64,000 nucleotides of DNA, taken from the NCBI GenBank assembly GCA_025463865.1, contig JAODBH010000085.1, forward strand, positions 2,390 to 66,389, written 5' to 3'. Position numbers and translations under genes: made by a program. Position 1 is the first letter of the stretch, and every line of letters begins with the position of its first letter. The notes under the pieces are model-generated. The model was not told where the DNA came from. It did not search any database and saw nothing but the letters and a program-made list of their open reading frames with translations. Of the stretch, positions 55,460-64,000 are shown piece by piece. Origin of the DNA: Actinomycetes bacterium. GTDB taxonomy: Bacteria > Actinomycetota > Acidimicrobiia > IMCC26256 > Chersky-534.

Positions 55460-56329
55460 TCAGGAGCGCAGCGAGATCGCGAGGTCGTAGGCCCTGCGCT
55501 TCGGGACGCCGAGCAGGCGCGCCACCGACGCCGCCGCGTCCCGGCCCGACGCGCCGCCGGCGAGCTCCCGCTGGAGGGCGCCCACGATCGCGTCGTCGTC
55601 GACCGGCGCGTCGACCACCGGTGCGGGGCCGATCACGAGCACGTACTCGCCCCGCGGCGGGACCCGCCGCACGTGTTCGGCCGCGTCGGTCAGGGTGCCG
55701 CGCCACGTCTCCTCGTGGAGCTTCGTCAGCTCCCGTGCCAGCGCGACCCGGCGCTCGCCGCCGCAGACCTCCAGCAGGTCGTCGACCGTGGCCGGCACCC
55801 GGTGCGGCGACTCGAACATCACGACCGTGCAATCGCCGTCGGCGATCGCTGCGAGGCGCTCGGCCCGCTCGCGCCCCTTGCGCGGGAGGAAGCCCTCGAA
55901 GGTGAACCGGGCCGCCGGCAGGCCCGACAACGCCAGCGCCGTCAGCACCGCGCTCGGCCCCGGCACCACCTCGATCGACAGCCCGGCGTCCACGCATGCG
56001 GCGACCAGACGCTCACCCGGATCCGACACGACCGGCATGCCGGCGTCGCTCACGTAGACGACCGTCTTGCCCGCGCGCACCAGAGCGACGACCTCCAGGG
56101 CCGAGTCACGCTCGTTGTGCTCGTGGATCGCGATCAGGCGGCCGGCCGCGGGGATCCCTTCGTGCGAGAGCAGCTTGCGGGTCCGCCGGGTGTCTTCCGC
56201 GGCGAGCACGTCGGCCGCACGCAGGGCCTCGACCGCGCGGGGAGAGAGGTCGCCGAGATTGCCGATCGGCGTGCCCACCAGGACGAGCCGACCGGTCGTA
56301 CCCGCGACCGGCGGCTCCGCGTCGGTCAC
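55460..56329 (-). CDS. rsmI: 16S rRNA (cytidine1402-2'-O)-methyltransferase
   Basis: LVLVGTPIGNLGDLSPRAVEALRAADVLAAEDTR, SDAGMPVVSDPG. Confidence 0.93.
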   Translation of the reverse strand: MTDAEPPVAGTTGRLVLVGTPIGNLGDLSPRAVEALRAADVLAAEDTRRTRKLLSHEGIPAAGRLIAIHEHNERDSALEVVALVRAGKTVVYVSDAGMPVVSDPGERLVAACVDAGLSIEVVPGPSAVLTALALSGLPAARFTFEGFLPRKGRERAERLAAIADGDCTVVMFESPHRVPATVDDLLEVCGGERRVALARELTKLHEETWRGTLTDAAEHVRRVPPRGEYVLVIGPAPVVDAPVDDDAIVGALQRELAGGASGRDAAASVARLLGVPKRRAYDLAISLRS

Positions 56330-56655
56330 TGCTTCACCTCGAGCGCGTCACCGACGTGGAGGTTCCACCGGTCGAACGCGCCTTCTTCGGCCTCGACCAC
56401 GAAGTCGGTGTGCCGCACGATCGGAGCGAGGCGCCAAGGACGCAGCGTGCAGGTCCGCAGGACCCGGCCGTCGCGGTCGCAGAACGCGAGATCGAGCGCG
56501 AACCGCATCCCGAAGCTGTGGACGTGACGGCACGGCTGGAGGACGAGGGCGCCCTCGAACGAATCGCGCCCGAGAAGGCCACGCCGGCGGGAGCGGCCGG
56601 AGTCGGCGACCTCGGCGGCCGCGAGCACATCGCCGTCTCGAACCAACCAGGCCAT
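56326..56655 (-). CDS. DUF192 domain protein
   Basis: RRRGLLGRDSFEGALVLQPCRHVHSFGMRFALDLAFCDRDGRV is typical of DUF192. Confidence 0.8.
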   Translation of the reverse strand: MAWLVRDGDVLAAAEVADSGRSRRRGLLGRDSFEGALVLQPCRHVHSFGMRFALDLAFCDRDGRVLRTCTLRPWRLAPIVRHTDFVVEAEEGAFDRWNLHVGDALEVKQ

Positions 56656-56658
56656 CGC

Positions 56659-57717
56659 TTAGACGTTGAACCGGATCTCGAGGACGTCACCGTCGGCGAC
56701 CTCGTAGTCCTTCCCCTCGACCCGCAGCTTGCCGAGGTCCTTGGCCTTGTTCCACGAGCCGATCTCGAGCAGCTCGTCCCAGTGGATCACCTCGGCCCGG
56801 ATGAACCCGCGCTGCAGATCGGAGTGGATGACACCCGCGCACTCCGGCGCCTTGGCGCCGGCCCGGAAGGTCCAGGCCCGGCTCTCCTTGTCTCCGGTGG
56901 TGAGGAACGTGCGCCGTCCGAGCAGGTGGTAGGCGGCCGCGGCGACGCGGGGCACGACACCCGCGCCCAGGCCCAGTCCGTCGAGCAGCTCGGCCCGTTC
57001 GTCGGGATCCAGACGGGCGGCCTCGGCTTCGAGCTGCACGCAGACCGGGAGCGCGTTCTCGCCGAACGGCGCCGCGATCTCCTCGGCCCGCTCGAGCTGG
57101 TCCTCACCGATGTTGACCACGACGAGGATCGGCTTGTCGGTGAGCAGGAAGATCGGCGCGAGGAGGGCGCGCTCGTCGGCGTCGAGGTCGGAGCGGTACA
57201 GAGGAATCCCCTCCCCCAGCACCGCCTGCGCGTGCTCGAGCGCTTTGATCTCCGGCCCGAGGCTCTTGTCGCCCTTGGCCGCCCGTGACTGGCGGTAGTG
57301 GCGGGCCTCCACCGACGCCAGGTCGGAGAGCACCAGCTCGAGCTCGAGGGTGAGCAGGTCGGACTCGGGGTCGGAGTCGCCCGGGACCGACGGGTCCTCG
57401 AACGCCCGCAACACGAACAGGATGGCGTCGCAGTCGCGCAGCGCCCCGAGGAACCGGTTCCCGAGCCCCTCACCGCTGTTGGCTCCCTTGACCAGCGCGG
57501 CGATGTCGACGACCTCGACCCCGGTGTGCACGACCTTCTTGCTCTCCGACATCACCGCGAGCCGGTCGAGGCGCTCGTCGGGGACCTGGGCCACGCCCTG
57601 GGCGCTCTCCATCGTGGAGAACGGGTGGGGGGCGACGAGGGTGTCACCGCCGGTCAGCGCGTTGAACAGACTGCTCTTACCCGAGTTCGGGAGGCCGACG
57701 AGGCCGAGATGCTCCAT
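56659..57717 (-). CDS. ychF: Redox-regulated ATPase YchF
   Basis: ATG 57717. GLVGLPNSGKSSLFNALT, DIAALVKGA, C-terminal TGS domain RAWTFRAGAKAPECAGVIHSDLQRGFIRAEV. Confidence 0.95.
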   Translation of the reverse strand: MEHLGLVGLPNSGKSSLFNALTGGDTLVAPHPFSTMESAQGVAQVPDERLDRLAVMSESKKVVHTGVEVVDIAALVKGANSGEGLGNRFLGALRDCDAILFVLRAFEDPSVPGDSDPESDLLTLELELVLSDLASVEARHYRQSRAAKGDKSLGPEIKALEHAQAVLGEGIPLYRSDLDADERALLAPIFLLTDKPILVVVNIGEDQLERAEEIAAPFGENALPVCVQLEAEAARLDPDERAELLDGLGLGAGVVPRVAAAAYHLLGRRTFLTTGDKESRAWTFRAGAKAPECAGVIHSDLQRGFIRAEVIHWDELLEIGSWNKAKDLGKLRVEGKDYEVADGDVLEIRFNV

Positions 57718-57863
57718 TGCCGCCAGGGTAGCGAAGGCCCCGCCCGGCGCCCTCGGCGGGGTCCCCCGGGATGCCGATCGGCGGCTTCGGCTACGATCCT
57801 CCGGTTCCCGCACCCGTCGCTGGTCGACGCGCGCACCCGTTTTTCGGCCCTCGAGGACCTCCG

Positions 57864-57950
57864 ATGAGCAAGAAGACCAAGAAGCGCAAGCTCCGGGCCC
57901 GCCGCAACAAGGCGAACCACGGCAAGCGTCCCCTCGTCGGCCGCAGGTAG
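57864..57950 (+). CDS. 50S ribosomal protein bL37-like (28 aa)
   Basis: Below the ORF-track cutoff. GAGGA precedes the ATG. MSKKTKKRKLRARRNKANHGKRPLVGRR carries the KANHGKRP core I associate with actinobacterial bL37. Confidence 0.7.
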   Translation: MSKKTKKRKLRARRNKANHGKRPLVGRR

Positions 57951-57974
57951 CAACCGCGGGCTCCGGCAGGTCGG

Positions 57975-58754
57975 CTACTCGGCCTTGCGGGTGAGCCGGA
58001 CCACCCGGTGGTCCGACGTGAACAGCCGTCGGGCCACGCCCAGCCCCACGATCGACGTCGTCGTGGCAACCGAGGCCAGCACCACGTACATCACCGCGAT
58101 CTGCACCCGGACCGCATTGAGCGGGTCGACACCCGCGAGGATCAGCCCGGTCATCGCACCGGGCAGGAAGATGATCCCGACGGCCTTGGTGGTCTCGATC
58201 TGCGGGATCAGCGCGCTCCGGATGGCCGAGCGCACGTACGGCTGCGCCGCGTCGCGCGCCGACTGGCCGAGGGCGAGTCGGGCCTCCACCTCGCCCCGTT
58301 TGTCACGCAGCTCCTCGTAGACGCGCCGGCCGACCAGGACCGTCGCCGCGAGCGAGTTGCCGACGATCAACCCCGAGAGCGGGACCAACGTCCGCGCGTC
58401 GGTGGGGAACACCTGCAGCCCGAGCAACACGCCGAGCGTGACCGCGAGCGACACGGTGAAGGCGAACAGCGCGAGCGGCAGCAGTCCCGGCACGTCCCGG
58501 GCGCGCAGCCACACCGTGAGCGACGCGAACCCGACCATGGCCGCGAGCCAGAGCCACGACCAACCGATCGACCGGTGTGCGGCCAGCACGAAGTGCAGCG
58601 CGACGCCGACGAGCACCAGCTGCACCGCGGCCCGAAGGCTCGACCACAGGAGGGTGCGCTCGACGCCGAGGTGCTGCCAGGCCGAGATGCCGAGCGCGAT
58701 CGCGACGAGCGCGGCCGAGATGCCGAGCCCGGACCATCCGATGTCACTGTTCAT
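57975..58754 (-). CDS. ABC transporter permease, FetB/YbbM (UPF0014) family
   Basis: Polytopic. GNSLAATVLVGRRVYEELR and IPQIETTKAVGIIFLPGAMTG are typical of the family. Start 58754 or 58769. Confidence 0.85.
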   Translation of the reverse strand: MNSDIGWSGLGISAALVAIALGISAWQHLGVERTLLWSSLRAAVQLVLVGVALHFVLAAHRSIGWSWLWLAAMVGFASLTVWLRARDVPGLLPLALFAFTVSLAVTLGVLLGLQVFPTDARTLVPLSGLIVGNSLAATVLVGRRVYEELRDKRGEVEARLALGQSARDAAQPYVRSAIRSALIPQIETTKAVGIIFLPGAMTGLILAGVDPLNAVRVQIAVMYVVLASVATTTSIVGLGVARRLFTSDHRVVRLTRKAE

Positions 58755-59487
58755 GCTCACCGCTCCCATCGGATTCGGCGTCGCTCGCGAGAAACGCCCG
58801 GACGTCCGGCGGCGCGGTGCCGACGAGCAGCGCAGGTTCGGCGACCTGGGCGACGCGGCCGTGCATCAGCACGACCACGAGGTCGGCGATGCGTGCCATC
58901 TGCGCGAGGTCGTGACTGACCCACAGGATCGGGATCCCTTCGCCCGAGAGGCGCCGGGCCAGACGCTCGAGGCCGAACGTCGACGGCTGGTCGAGCGCCG
59001 AGGTGGGCTCGTCCATCAGCAGCACCTCGGGTCTCGTCGCGAGCGTCCGGGCCAGGCACACGCGTTGCTGCTCACCACCGGAGAGCTCGGTGGCGGGCCG
59101 GTCGAGAAACGCCCGGTCGAGAAGGCACCGGGCGAGGATCTCGGCCGCTTCGTCGTCCGACAGCCCGGGCTGCGCGACCGCGAGGTTCTCGCGCACGGTT
59201 CCCGGAAACGGGGTCGGCTGCTGGAACACCATGCCGACGCGCCTCCGCAGCGCAAGGACATCGAGCGTCGCGGTGTCCTGCCCGTCGAGCCGGACGACGC
59301 CCGAGTCGGGGACGTCGAGCCGGTTGCACACCCGGAGCAGCGTCGACTTGCCCGCACCGGAAGGCCCGACCACCACCGTGATGCCGTGCTTCGGCACCCG
59401 CAGCGACAGGTCGTCGAGCCGCGGCGAGCCCGCGTTCCTCCCGTCGACCCGCACCGACTCGAACTCGAACCGCGGCTCGACGTCCAC
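58744..59487 (-). CDS. ABC transporter ATP-binding protein, FetA-like
   Basis: GTG 59487. GPSGAGKSTLL, LSGGEQQRVCLAR, LLMDEPTSALD. Confidence 0.85.
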   Translation of the reverse strand: MDVEPRFEFESVRVDGRNAGSPRLDDLSLRVPKHGITVVVGPSGAGKSTLLRVCNRLDVPDSGVVRLDGQDTATLDVLALRRRVGMVFQQPTPFPGTVRENLAVAQPGLSDDEAAEILARCLLDRAFLDRPATELSGGEQQRVCLARTLATRPEVLLMDEPTSALDQPSTFGLERLARRLSGEGIPILWVSHDLAQMARIADLVVVLMHGRVAQVAEPALLVGTAPPDVRAFLASDAESDGSGEHEQ

Positions 59488-59488
59488 C

Positions 59489-60301
59489 TCAGAGGCGATC
59501 GAGCAGCAACGACTGGGTGGCACGGCCGATGCGTCCCTGCTCGTCGTAGACGGCGGACTCGGCGAACCCGGTCCCGTTCGGGCCGACCACCGACTGGGCG
59601 TCGATCCCGACCCACTCGGAGACCGGTGGCCGCGCCACCGTGACCGTGAGGTCGGGGTTGATGAACAGATAGCCGCCCCAGGGGAACGCGTTGCCGAGAC
59701 CGTTGGAAAAGTCGGACGCGGCCGCCACACGGGAGAAGGGGACGACGGGCTCGCCGGCGACGACCTCGCTCCGGAGGCGGAACCACATCGCGGCCGGGCC
59801 CGGGCGACCCCAAGCACCGCGCGCGAGCGCGACGTCGAAGGCGTGGAAGAAGCCCTCGCTCTCGATGAAGGTCCTCGAGTCGAAGGGGGTCGACCCGGCG
59901 GGACCGGGTTCCATCACGTCGCCGGTCATGACCGCGTCGTCGGTGGGGAGGTCGATCTCGCGCAGCCGCAACGCACGCGCTCGCACGAGCTCGGTGTCTC
60001 CCACGCGGATCACCGCGTCGACGAGCTGCACCTTTTTCCCCGGCCGCACCACCTCCACGGCCACGGTCAGCGGTACGAGCGGCACCGGTCGCATGAGCTC
60101 GACCGTCATCCGACCGACGAACGTGGTGGACCCGGGCTCGAACCCGCTGATCACGTGGGCGAGCAGTGCAGACGGCGCCCCCCCGTGCATCGCGTTCGGG
60201 TCCCACGGCCCGCGGGTCTTCGCCGAGGGGACGAAGCGGTTCCCGTCCCGGCGGAACAGCGGTTCGTCGGCCGTGTCTCGGGTGCCGGCGATCGGATCCA
60301 C
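59489..60301 (-). CDS. Thioesterase-like superfamily protein (TesB/4HBT_3-type double hotdog)
   Basis: RGPWDPNAMHGGAPSALLAHV, two hotdog halves. Its stop lies 1 nt before the fetA-like start. Confidence 0.8.
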   Translation of the reverse strand: MDPIAGTRDTADEPLFRRDGNRFVPSAKTRGPWDPNAMHGGAPSALLAHVISGFEPGSTTFVGRMTVELMRPVPLVPLTVAVEVVRPGKKVQLVDAVIRVGDTELVRARALRLREIDLPTDDAVMTGDVMEPGPAGSTPFDSRTFIESEGFFHAFDVALARGAWGRPGPAAMWFRLRSEVVAGEPVVPFSRVAAASDFSNGLGNAFPWGGYLFINPDLTVTVARPPVSEWVGIDAQSVVGPNGTGFAESAVYDEQGRIGRATQSLLLDRL

Positions 60302-60411
60302 GGGCGCACGCTACTGAACCGTCTCACGCTGGCCGGGAACCGGGTCGCGACGCGGGTCGTCAGACGATGCAGCAGGTGGGCCACCGGCCCGCCGCGTCGG
60401 GAGGAGAACCC

Positions 60412-61173
60412 ATGCACCCACGACTCGCGGGCGCGACCGCGCTCGGCGCGCTGCTCGTGCTGGCCACGGGATGCGGCACCCTCGGCAACGGCACGGCGGG
60501 TCGGGCCGCGCCGGCGCTGCAGGCCCGAGCGGCCGCGGCGACCGTGAAGGCCGCCGGGACGATCGACGTCCACGGCACGGGTCTGGTCCAGGGCACGCCC
60601 GACCTCCTCGAGGTCAACGTCGGCGTCTCGACCACCGCGGATTCCGCCAAGGACGCGCTCGAACGGGCGAACCAGGAGTCGGGGCAGGTCATCACCACCC
60701 TGAAGACCGCCGGCGTGGCGGTCGCCGACATCCAGACCCGCAACTTCTCCATCTTCCCCAGCTTCGACGACAAGCGGAAGCGGTTCACGTACTCGGTGGC
60801 CAATACCGTGAACGCCAAGCTGCGCGATCTGCTGAAGGCGGGCGCGATCCTCGACGACGTCGCGTCCAGCGCGGGCAACGACATCCGGATCGAGGGCGTC
60901 TCGTTCTCGTTCGCCGACAACAGCTCGCTGCTCGCGGCGGCCCGCACGGACGCGGTGCGGCAGGCGCGGCGACAGGCCGAGCAGCTCGCCCGCGGCGCGG
61001 GCGTCAAGCTCGGCCCGGTGAAGTCGATGACCGAGGACAGCAGCGGTCTGCCGACCGTGTTCGCGACCATGCAGGGACTCCGAGCCGATGCGTCGGCGTC
61101 GCCGGTTCCGATCGAGCCGGGCTCCGAGTCGCTGACCGTCGCGGTCCACGTCGTGTACACGATCGCCAAGTGA
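60412..61173 (+). CDS. SIMPL-domain (DUF541) lipoprotein
   Basis: GGGAGGAG before ATG 60412. Lipobox LATGCG. GTPDLLEVNVGVST...AKDALERANQE...IEPGSESLTVAVHVVY. Confidence 0.8.
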   Translation: MHPRLAGATALGALLVLATGCGTLGNGTAGRAAPALQARAAAATVKAAGTIDVHGTGLVQGTPDLLEVNVGVSTTADSAKDALERANQESGQVITTLKTAGVAVADIQTRNFSIFPSFDDKRKRFTYSVANTVNAKLRDLLKAGAILDDVASSAGNDIRIEGVSFSFADNSSLLAAARTDAVRQARRQAEQLARGAGVKLGPVKSMTEDSSGLPTVFATMQGLRADASASPVPIEPGSESLTVAVHVVYTIAK

Positions 61174-61195
61174 CGAACGGCCTAGAGTCCGCGAC

Positions 61196-61978
61196 GTGGC
61201 CGATGTCGTGCTCGTCGAGACCCGGGACCGGGTGCGCACCATCACGTTGCACCGACCCGAGGTCCGCAACGCCCTCGACAGCGAGCTCCAACATGCGTCG
61301 GCCGACGCGCTCCACGACGCGGACCAGGACCCCGATGTCGACGTGGTGGTGCTCACCGGATCCGATCCCGCGTTCTGCGCGGGCCTCGACCTGCGCGAGC
61401 TCGGCAGCACGGCGGACAATCTCAACGTCCACAGCGACGATGCCGACCGTCCGTCGAACCCGTTCACTGCGCTCGGGTCGATGCGTACTCCGGTCATCGG
61501 CGCGATCAACGGGCCCGCGGTCACCGGCGGGTTCGAGCTCGCGCTCGCGTGCGACTTCCTCGTCGCTTCCGACCGGGCGACGTTCGGCGACACCCACGCC
61601 CGGGTCGGTGTGACCCCGGGAGGCGGCATGAGCGTGTTCCTCCCGATGGCAGTCGGGCTCCGACGTGCGAAGGAGATCAGTCTCACGGGCAACTTCGTGA
61701 GCGCGGAGCAGGCCGAGCGGATCGGTCTGGTGAACCTCGTGGTCGCACACGCCGACCTGCTCCCGACCGCCCACCGGCTCGCAGCCGACATCGTGAGCAA
61801 CGATCAGCGCGCGGTGCGCAACCTGAAGGCGCTCTATCACCGCACCGCCGCGGTCGCGCCGGCGGACGGCCTCGCGATCGAGCAGGAGGTGTTCCGCTCC
61901 TGGCGCGTCGACCCAGCCGAGATCGCGAGTCGCCGCGAGTCCGTGTTGCGCCGAGGCCGGGAGCAGCAGGAATCCTGA
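61196..61978 (+). CDS. Enoyl-CoA hydratase/isomerase family protein
   Basis: ITLHRPEVRNALD, VLTGSDPAFCAGLDL, PVIGAINGPAVTGGFELALACD. Confidence 0.85.
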   Translation: MADVVLVETRDRVRTITLHRPEVRNALDSELQHASADALHDADQDPDVDVVVLTGSDPAFCAGLDLRELGSTADNLNVHSDDADRPSNPFTALGSMRTPVIGAINGPAVTGGFELALACDFLVASDRATFGDTHARVGVTPGGGMSVFLPMAVGLRRAKEISLTGNFVSAEQAERIGLVNLVVAHADLLPTAHRLAADIVSNDQRAVRNLKALYHRTAAVAPADGLAIEQEVFRSWRVDPAEIASRRESVLRRGREQQES

Positions 61979-62084
61979 ATTGATGGGCTGCTCGCGACGC
62001 GGCGTTCGTGGAAGAATCGACGGTCCGCACCTACCCTGAGTGGCGGTCCCGGCGCTCAGCGTTCACCGGCTTACCCAGGACGGC

Positions 62085-64000
62085 ATGGCCTTCCCCAGAG
62101 TCACCTTCGCCATCTTCTTTCTGGTCGTCCTGCCGCTGAGTTGGTTCCTGATGCCCACCCTCCACCGGACATACCGGTGTTTCGGGGCTCGGATCCAGGG
62201 CGTCCCGTGGAAGCTGGCGATGCTCGTCGCGTCGTACGTGTTCCTGGGCTACTTCAGCCCGACGACCCACGTGCTGATCGTTCCCCTGCCCACCTGGTCG
62301 CTGATCCTGTTCATCTCCACCGTCGTGAACTGGGCGCTCGGCCAGGGGCTCGGCTGGTCCCGCGACATCGACCGCGCCCGCGAACCGGGCGCGAGCCGGA
62401 CCTGGTTCACCCGTCCGAGGTTGTGGCTGGCGGCCGCCGTCGTCTTCAACCTCGCGTTCCTCGGCTACTTCAAGTACTACGAGTTCTTCGTCACGCAGGC
62501 GCACAACGCGTTCACCGACATGGGTCTGAGCTTCCCGCTGCCGGTCCTCTCGATCGCGCTCCCCGTCGCGATCTCGTTCTTCACGTTCCAGGCGATCAGC
62601 TACACCGCCGACATCTACCGCAACACGTTCGACCCGGTGAACCCGCTCGACTTCGCGACGTACCTCGCCTTCTTCCCGCACCTCGTCGCCGGACCGGTGG
62701 TGCGCGCGGCCGAGTTCATCCCGCAGATGTACGAGCGCCACGACCCGCGGAGGGTGGACGCCACCCGCGCCTTCGCGCTGATCAGCGGCGGCCTGTTCAA
62801 GAAGCTCGTGCTCGCCGACTTCCTCAACAACTCGATCGTCATCCCTACGTTCACGTCGCCCGGCAACCACACGTCGGCCGAGATCCTCGTGGGGATCTAC
62901 GCGTACGCGATCCGCATCTACTGCGACTTCAGCGGCTACACGGACATGGCCATCGGCATCGCGCTGCTGCTCGGCATCAAGTTCCCGCAGAACTTCGACG
63001 CGCCGTACACCGCGGTCTCGCTCCAGGACTTCTGGCGGCGCTGGCACATGACGCTGTCGCGCTTCCTCCGCGACTACCTCTACATCCCACTCGGCGGCAA
63101 CCGTGAGAGCGCGCTCGTGCTCGGGGTGCGCAAGGTCGGGAACCGGATCGTGCCGGCCCGGTCGAAGGCGACCACGGGCGGCGGTGCCGCCGAGTCACCG
63201 GGCTCGGTCCGCGCCCGCGCGCCCGACGTCCGCCCGACCACGGCCACCGGGGAGGCCGGGCGCCGACCGGTGATCCCGAGCTACGCGATCGCGGTCACGG
63301 TGCTGATGCTGGCCGTCACCAGCCTTCGGCTGTTCGACATCGCCGACGTGTGGGGCTGGAACCTGCTCCTCGTCATCGCCGTGTTCGCGCTCCTGGCCAC
63401 GGCCCCGGGGCGGAGCGGGAAGCCCGTGTGGAACGACCACCCGGCGGCGGTCGGGCTCCTCGTCGCGCAAGCGCTCCTCTGCGCGAGCCGGCTCGTCGGC
63501 GGACCGTCGCTCTGGTGGCTCGACTTCCTCCTCATCGGCGCGCTGCTCCTCGTGTTCGCCGCGTCCGACCTCACGATCATGGGCGTGGTCATCCTCGGGA
63601 ACCTGCTCGCAACCATGGCGCTCGGCGGGATCTGGCACGGCCGGGGCTGGACGTTCCTCATCTGGGGCGTCATCCACGGCTTCGGGCTGCTCGGGGAGCA
63701 CTGGCACCGCCAACGGCGCGCGCGGCTCGGGCTCGCGCCACCGAGGGACACGGTCTGGCGCCGGAGCGGCGGCCGCCTCCTCACGTTCCACGTCGTGTGC
63801 TTCGCGTGGATCTTCTTCAACGCCGAGTCGCTGTCGACCGCGAGTGAGATCGTGCGCCGCCTCTTCACCGACTGGCACTGGAACAGCAGCTACACCCCGT
63901 TCGTCGACGATCCCCTCGTGACCGGCGGCGTGCTGCTCGCGATCGCGATCGGCCTCGGCGTGCAGTTCGTGCCCCGCGACTTCGGCGCCCGCCTGCTGGC
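62085..64000 (+). CDS. MBOAT-family membrane O-acyltransferase (AlgI/DltB-like), partial, with large internal insertion
   Basis: Absent from the ORF track (no stop in the window). ATG 62085. VAISFFTFQAISYTADIYR, FFPHLVAGPVVRA, IRIYCDFSGYTDMAIG, FWRRWHMTLSRFLRDYLYIPLGGNR, GGIWHGRGWTFLIWGVIHG. I translated 63060-63690 codon by codon to confirm a single frame. Confidence 0.85.
   Translation, partial: MAFPRVTFAIFFLVVLPLSWFLMPTLHRTYRCFGARIQGVPWKLAMLVASYVFLGYFSPTTHVLIVPLPTWSLILFISTVVNWALGQGLGWSRDIDRAREPGASRTWFTRPRLWLAAAVVFNLAFLGYFKYYEFFVTQAHNAFTDMGLSFPLPVLSIALPVAISFFTFQAISYTADIYRNTFDPVNPLDFATYLAFFPHLVAGPVVRAAEFIPQMYERHDPRRVDATRAFALISGGLFKKLVLADFLNNSIVIPTFTSPGNHTSAEILVGIYAYAIRIYCDFSGYTDMAIGIALLLGIKFPQNFDAPYTAVSLQDFWRRWHMTLSRFLRDYLYIPLGGNRESALVLGVRKVGNRIVPARSKATTGGGAAESPGSVRARAPDVRPTTATGEAGRRPVIPSYAIAVTVLMLAVTSLRLFDIADVWGWNLLLVIAVFALLATAPGRSGKPVWNDHPAAVGLLVAQALLCASRLVGGPSLWWLDFLLIGALLLVFAASDLTIMGVVILGNLLATMALGGIWHGRGWTFLIWGVIHGFGLLGEHWHRQRRARLGLAPPRDTVWRRSGGRLLTFHVVCFAWIFFNAESLSTASEIVRRLFTDWHWNSSYTPFVDDPLVTGGVLLAIAIGLGVQFVPRDFGARLL

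Noticed and set aside
62031-63047. 338-aa minus-strand ORF, plus 63195..63878 on the minus strand
   Set aside because: Both are antisense to the MBOAT gene, which carries the full set of MBOAT blocks in the plus frame. The MBOAT gene is missing from the track only because it has no stop inside the window.

Overview
Very GC-rich (about 70% by eye) bacterial chromosome segment of actinobacterial character: GTG/TTG starts, many 4-nt ATGA/GTGA gene overlaps, and Arg/Ala-rich antisense shadow ORFs throughout the six-frame track. I support about 60 protein genes, 2 tRNAs and 1 tRNA fragment. No rRNA, CRISPR array or intact IS/transposase was seen.

Layout:
- 1-18 kb: metabolic and accessory genes (ABC exporter, acyl-CoA dehydrogenase, CitE-like lyase/sarcosine-oxidase-like/RidA operon, RipA-like NlpC/P60 hydrolase, LLM oxidoreductase, crotonases).
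- 18-22.5 kb: a lysine/arginine-repeat protein followed by a 1135-aa nuclease-exonuclease-helicase.
- 23.7-26.2 kb: a coupled lipoprotein/NRAMP/PRC-barrel cassette.
- 26.2-28.8 kb: a MarR-MFS pair bracketed by a direct repeat of the 3' half of tRNA-Leu(UAA).
- 29.5-33.8 kb: MATE, proS, GNAT and orn.
- 34.3-57.7 kb: a largely minus-strand housekeeping array. On the minus strand: ppx, DUF501, ftsB, eno, mazG/yabN, two parvulin-like genes, mfd, pth, rplY, prs, glmU, tRNA-Gln, ispE, ksgA, yabE-like, tatD, metG, rsmI, DUF192 and ychF. On the plus strand: only bS22 and the abrB-like gene.
- Remainder: bL37, a thioesterase-fetAB-like operon, SIMPL, a crotonase and an MBOAT gene running off the end.

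Most interesting observations:
- the att-like tRNA-Leu repeat around the MarR-MFS cassette;
- the uncharacterised Cas4-like/RNase H-like/SF1 helicase fusion with its histone-tail-like neighbour;
- an esterase-thioredoxin fusion;
- a possible riboswitch leader before the NlpC/P60 gene;
- an AbrB-like regulator with a zinc ribbon;
- an MBOAT with a large insertion.

All family calls come from motif recognition by eye. No searches were run.
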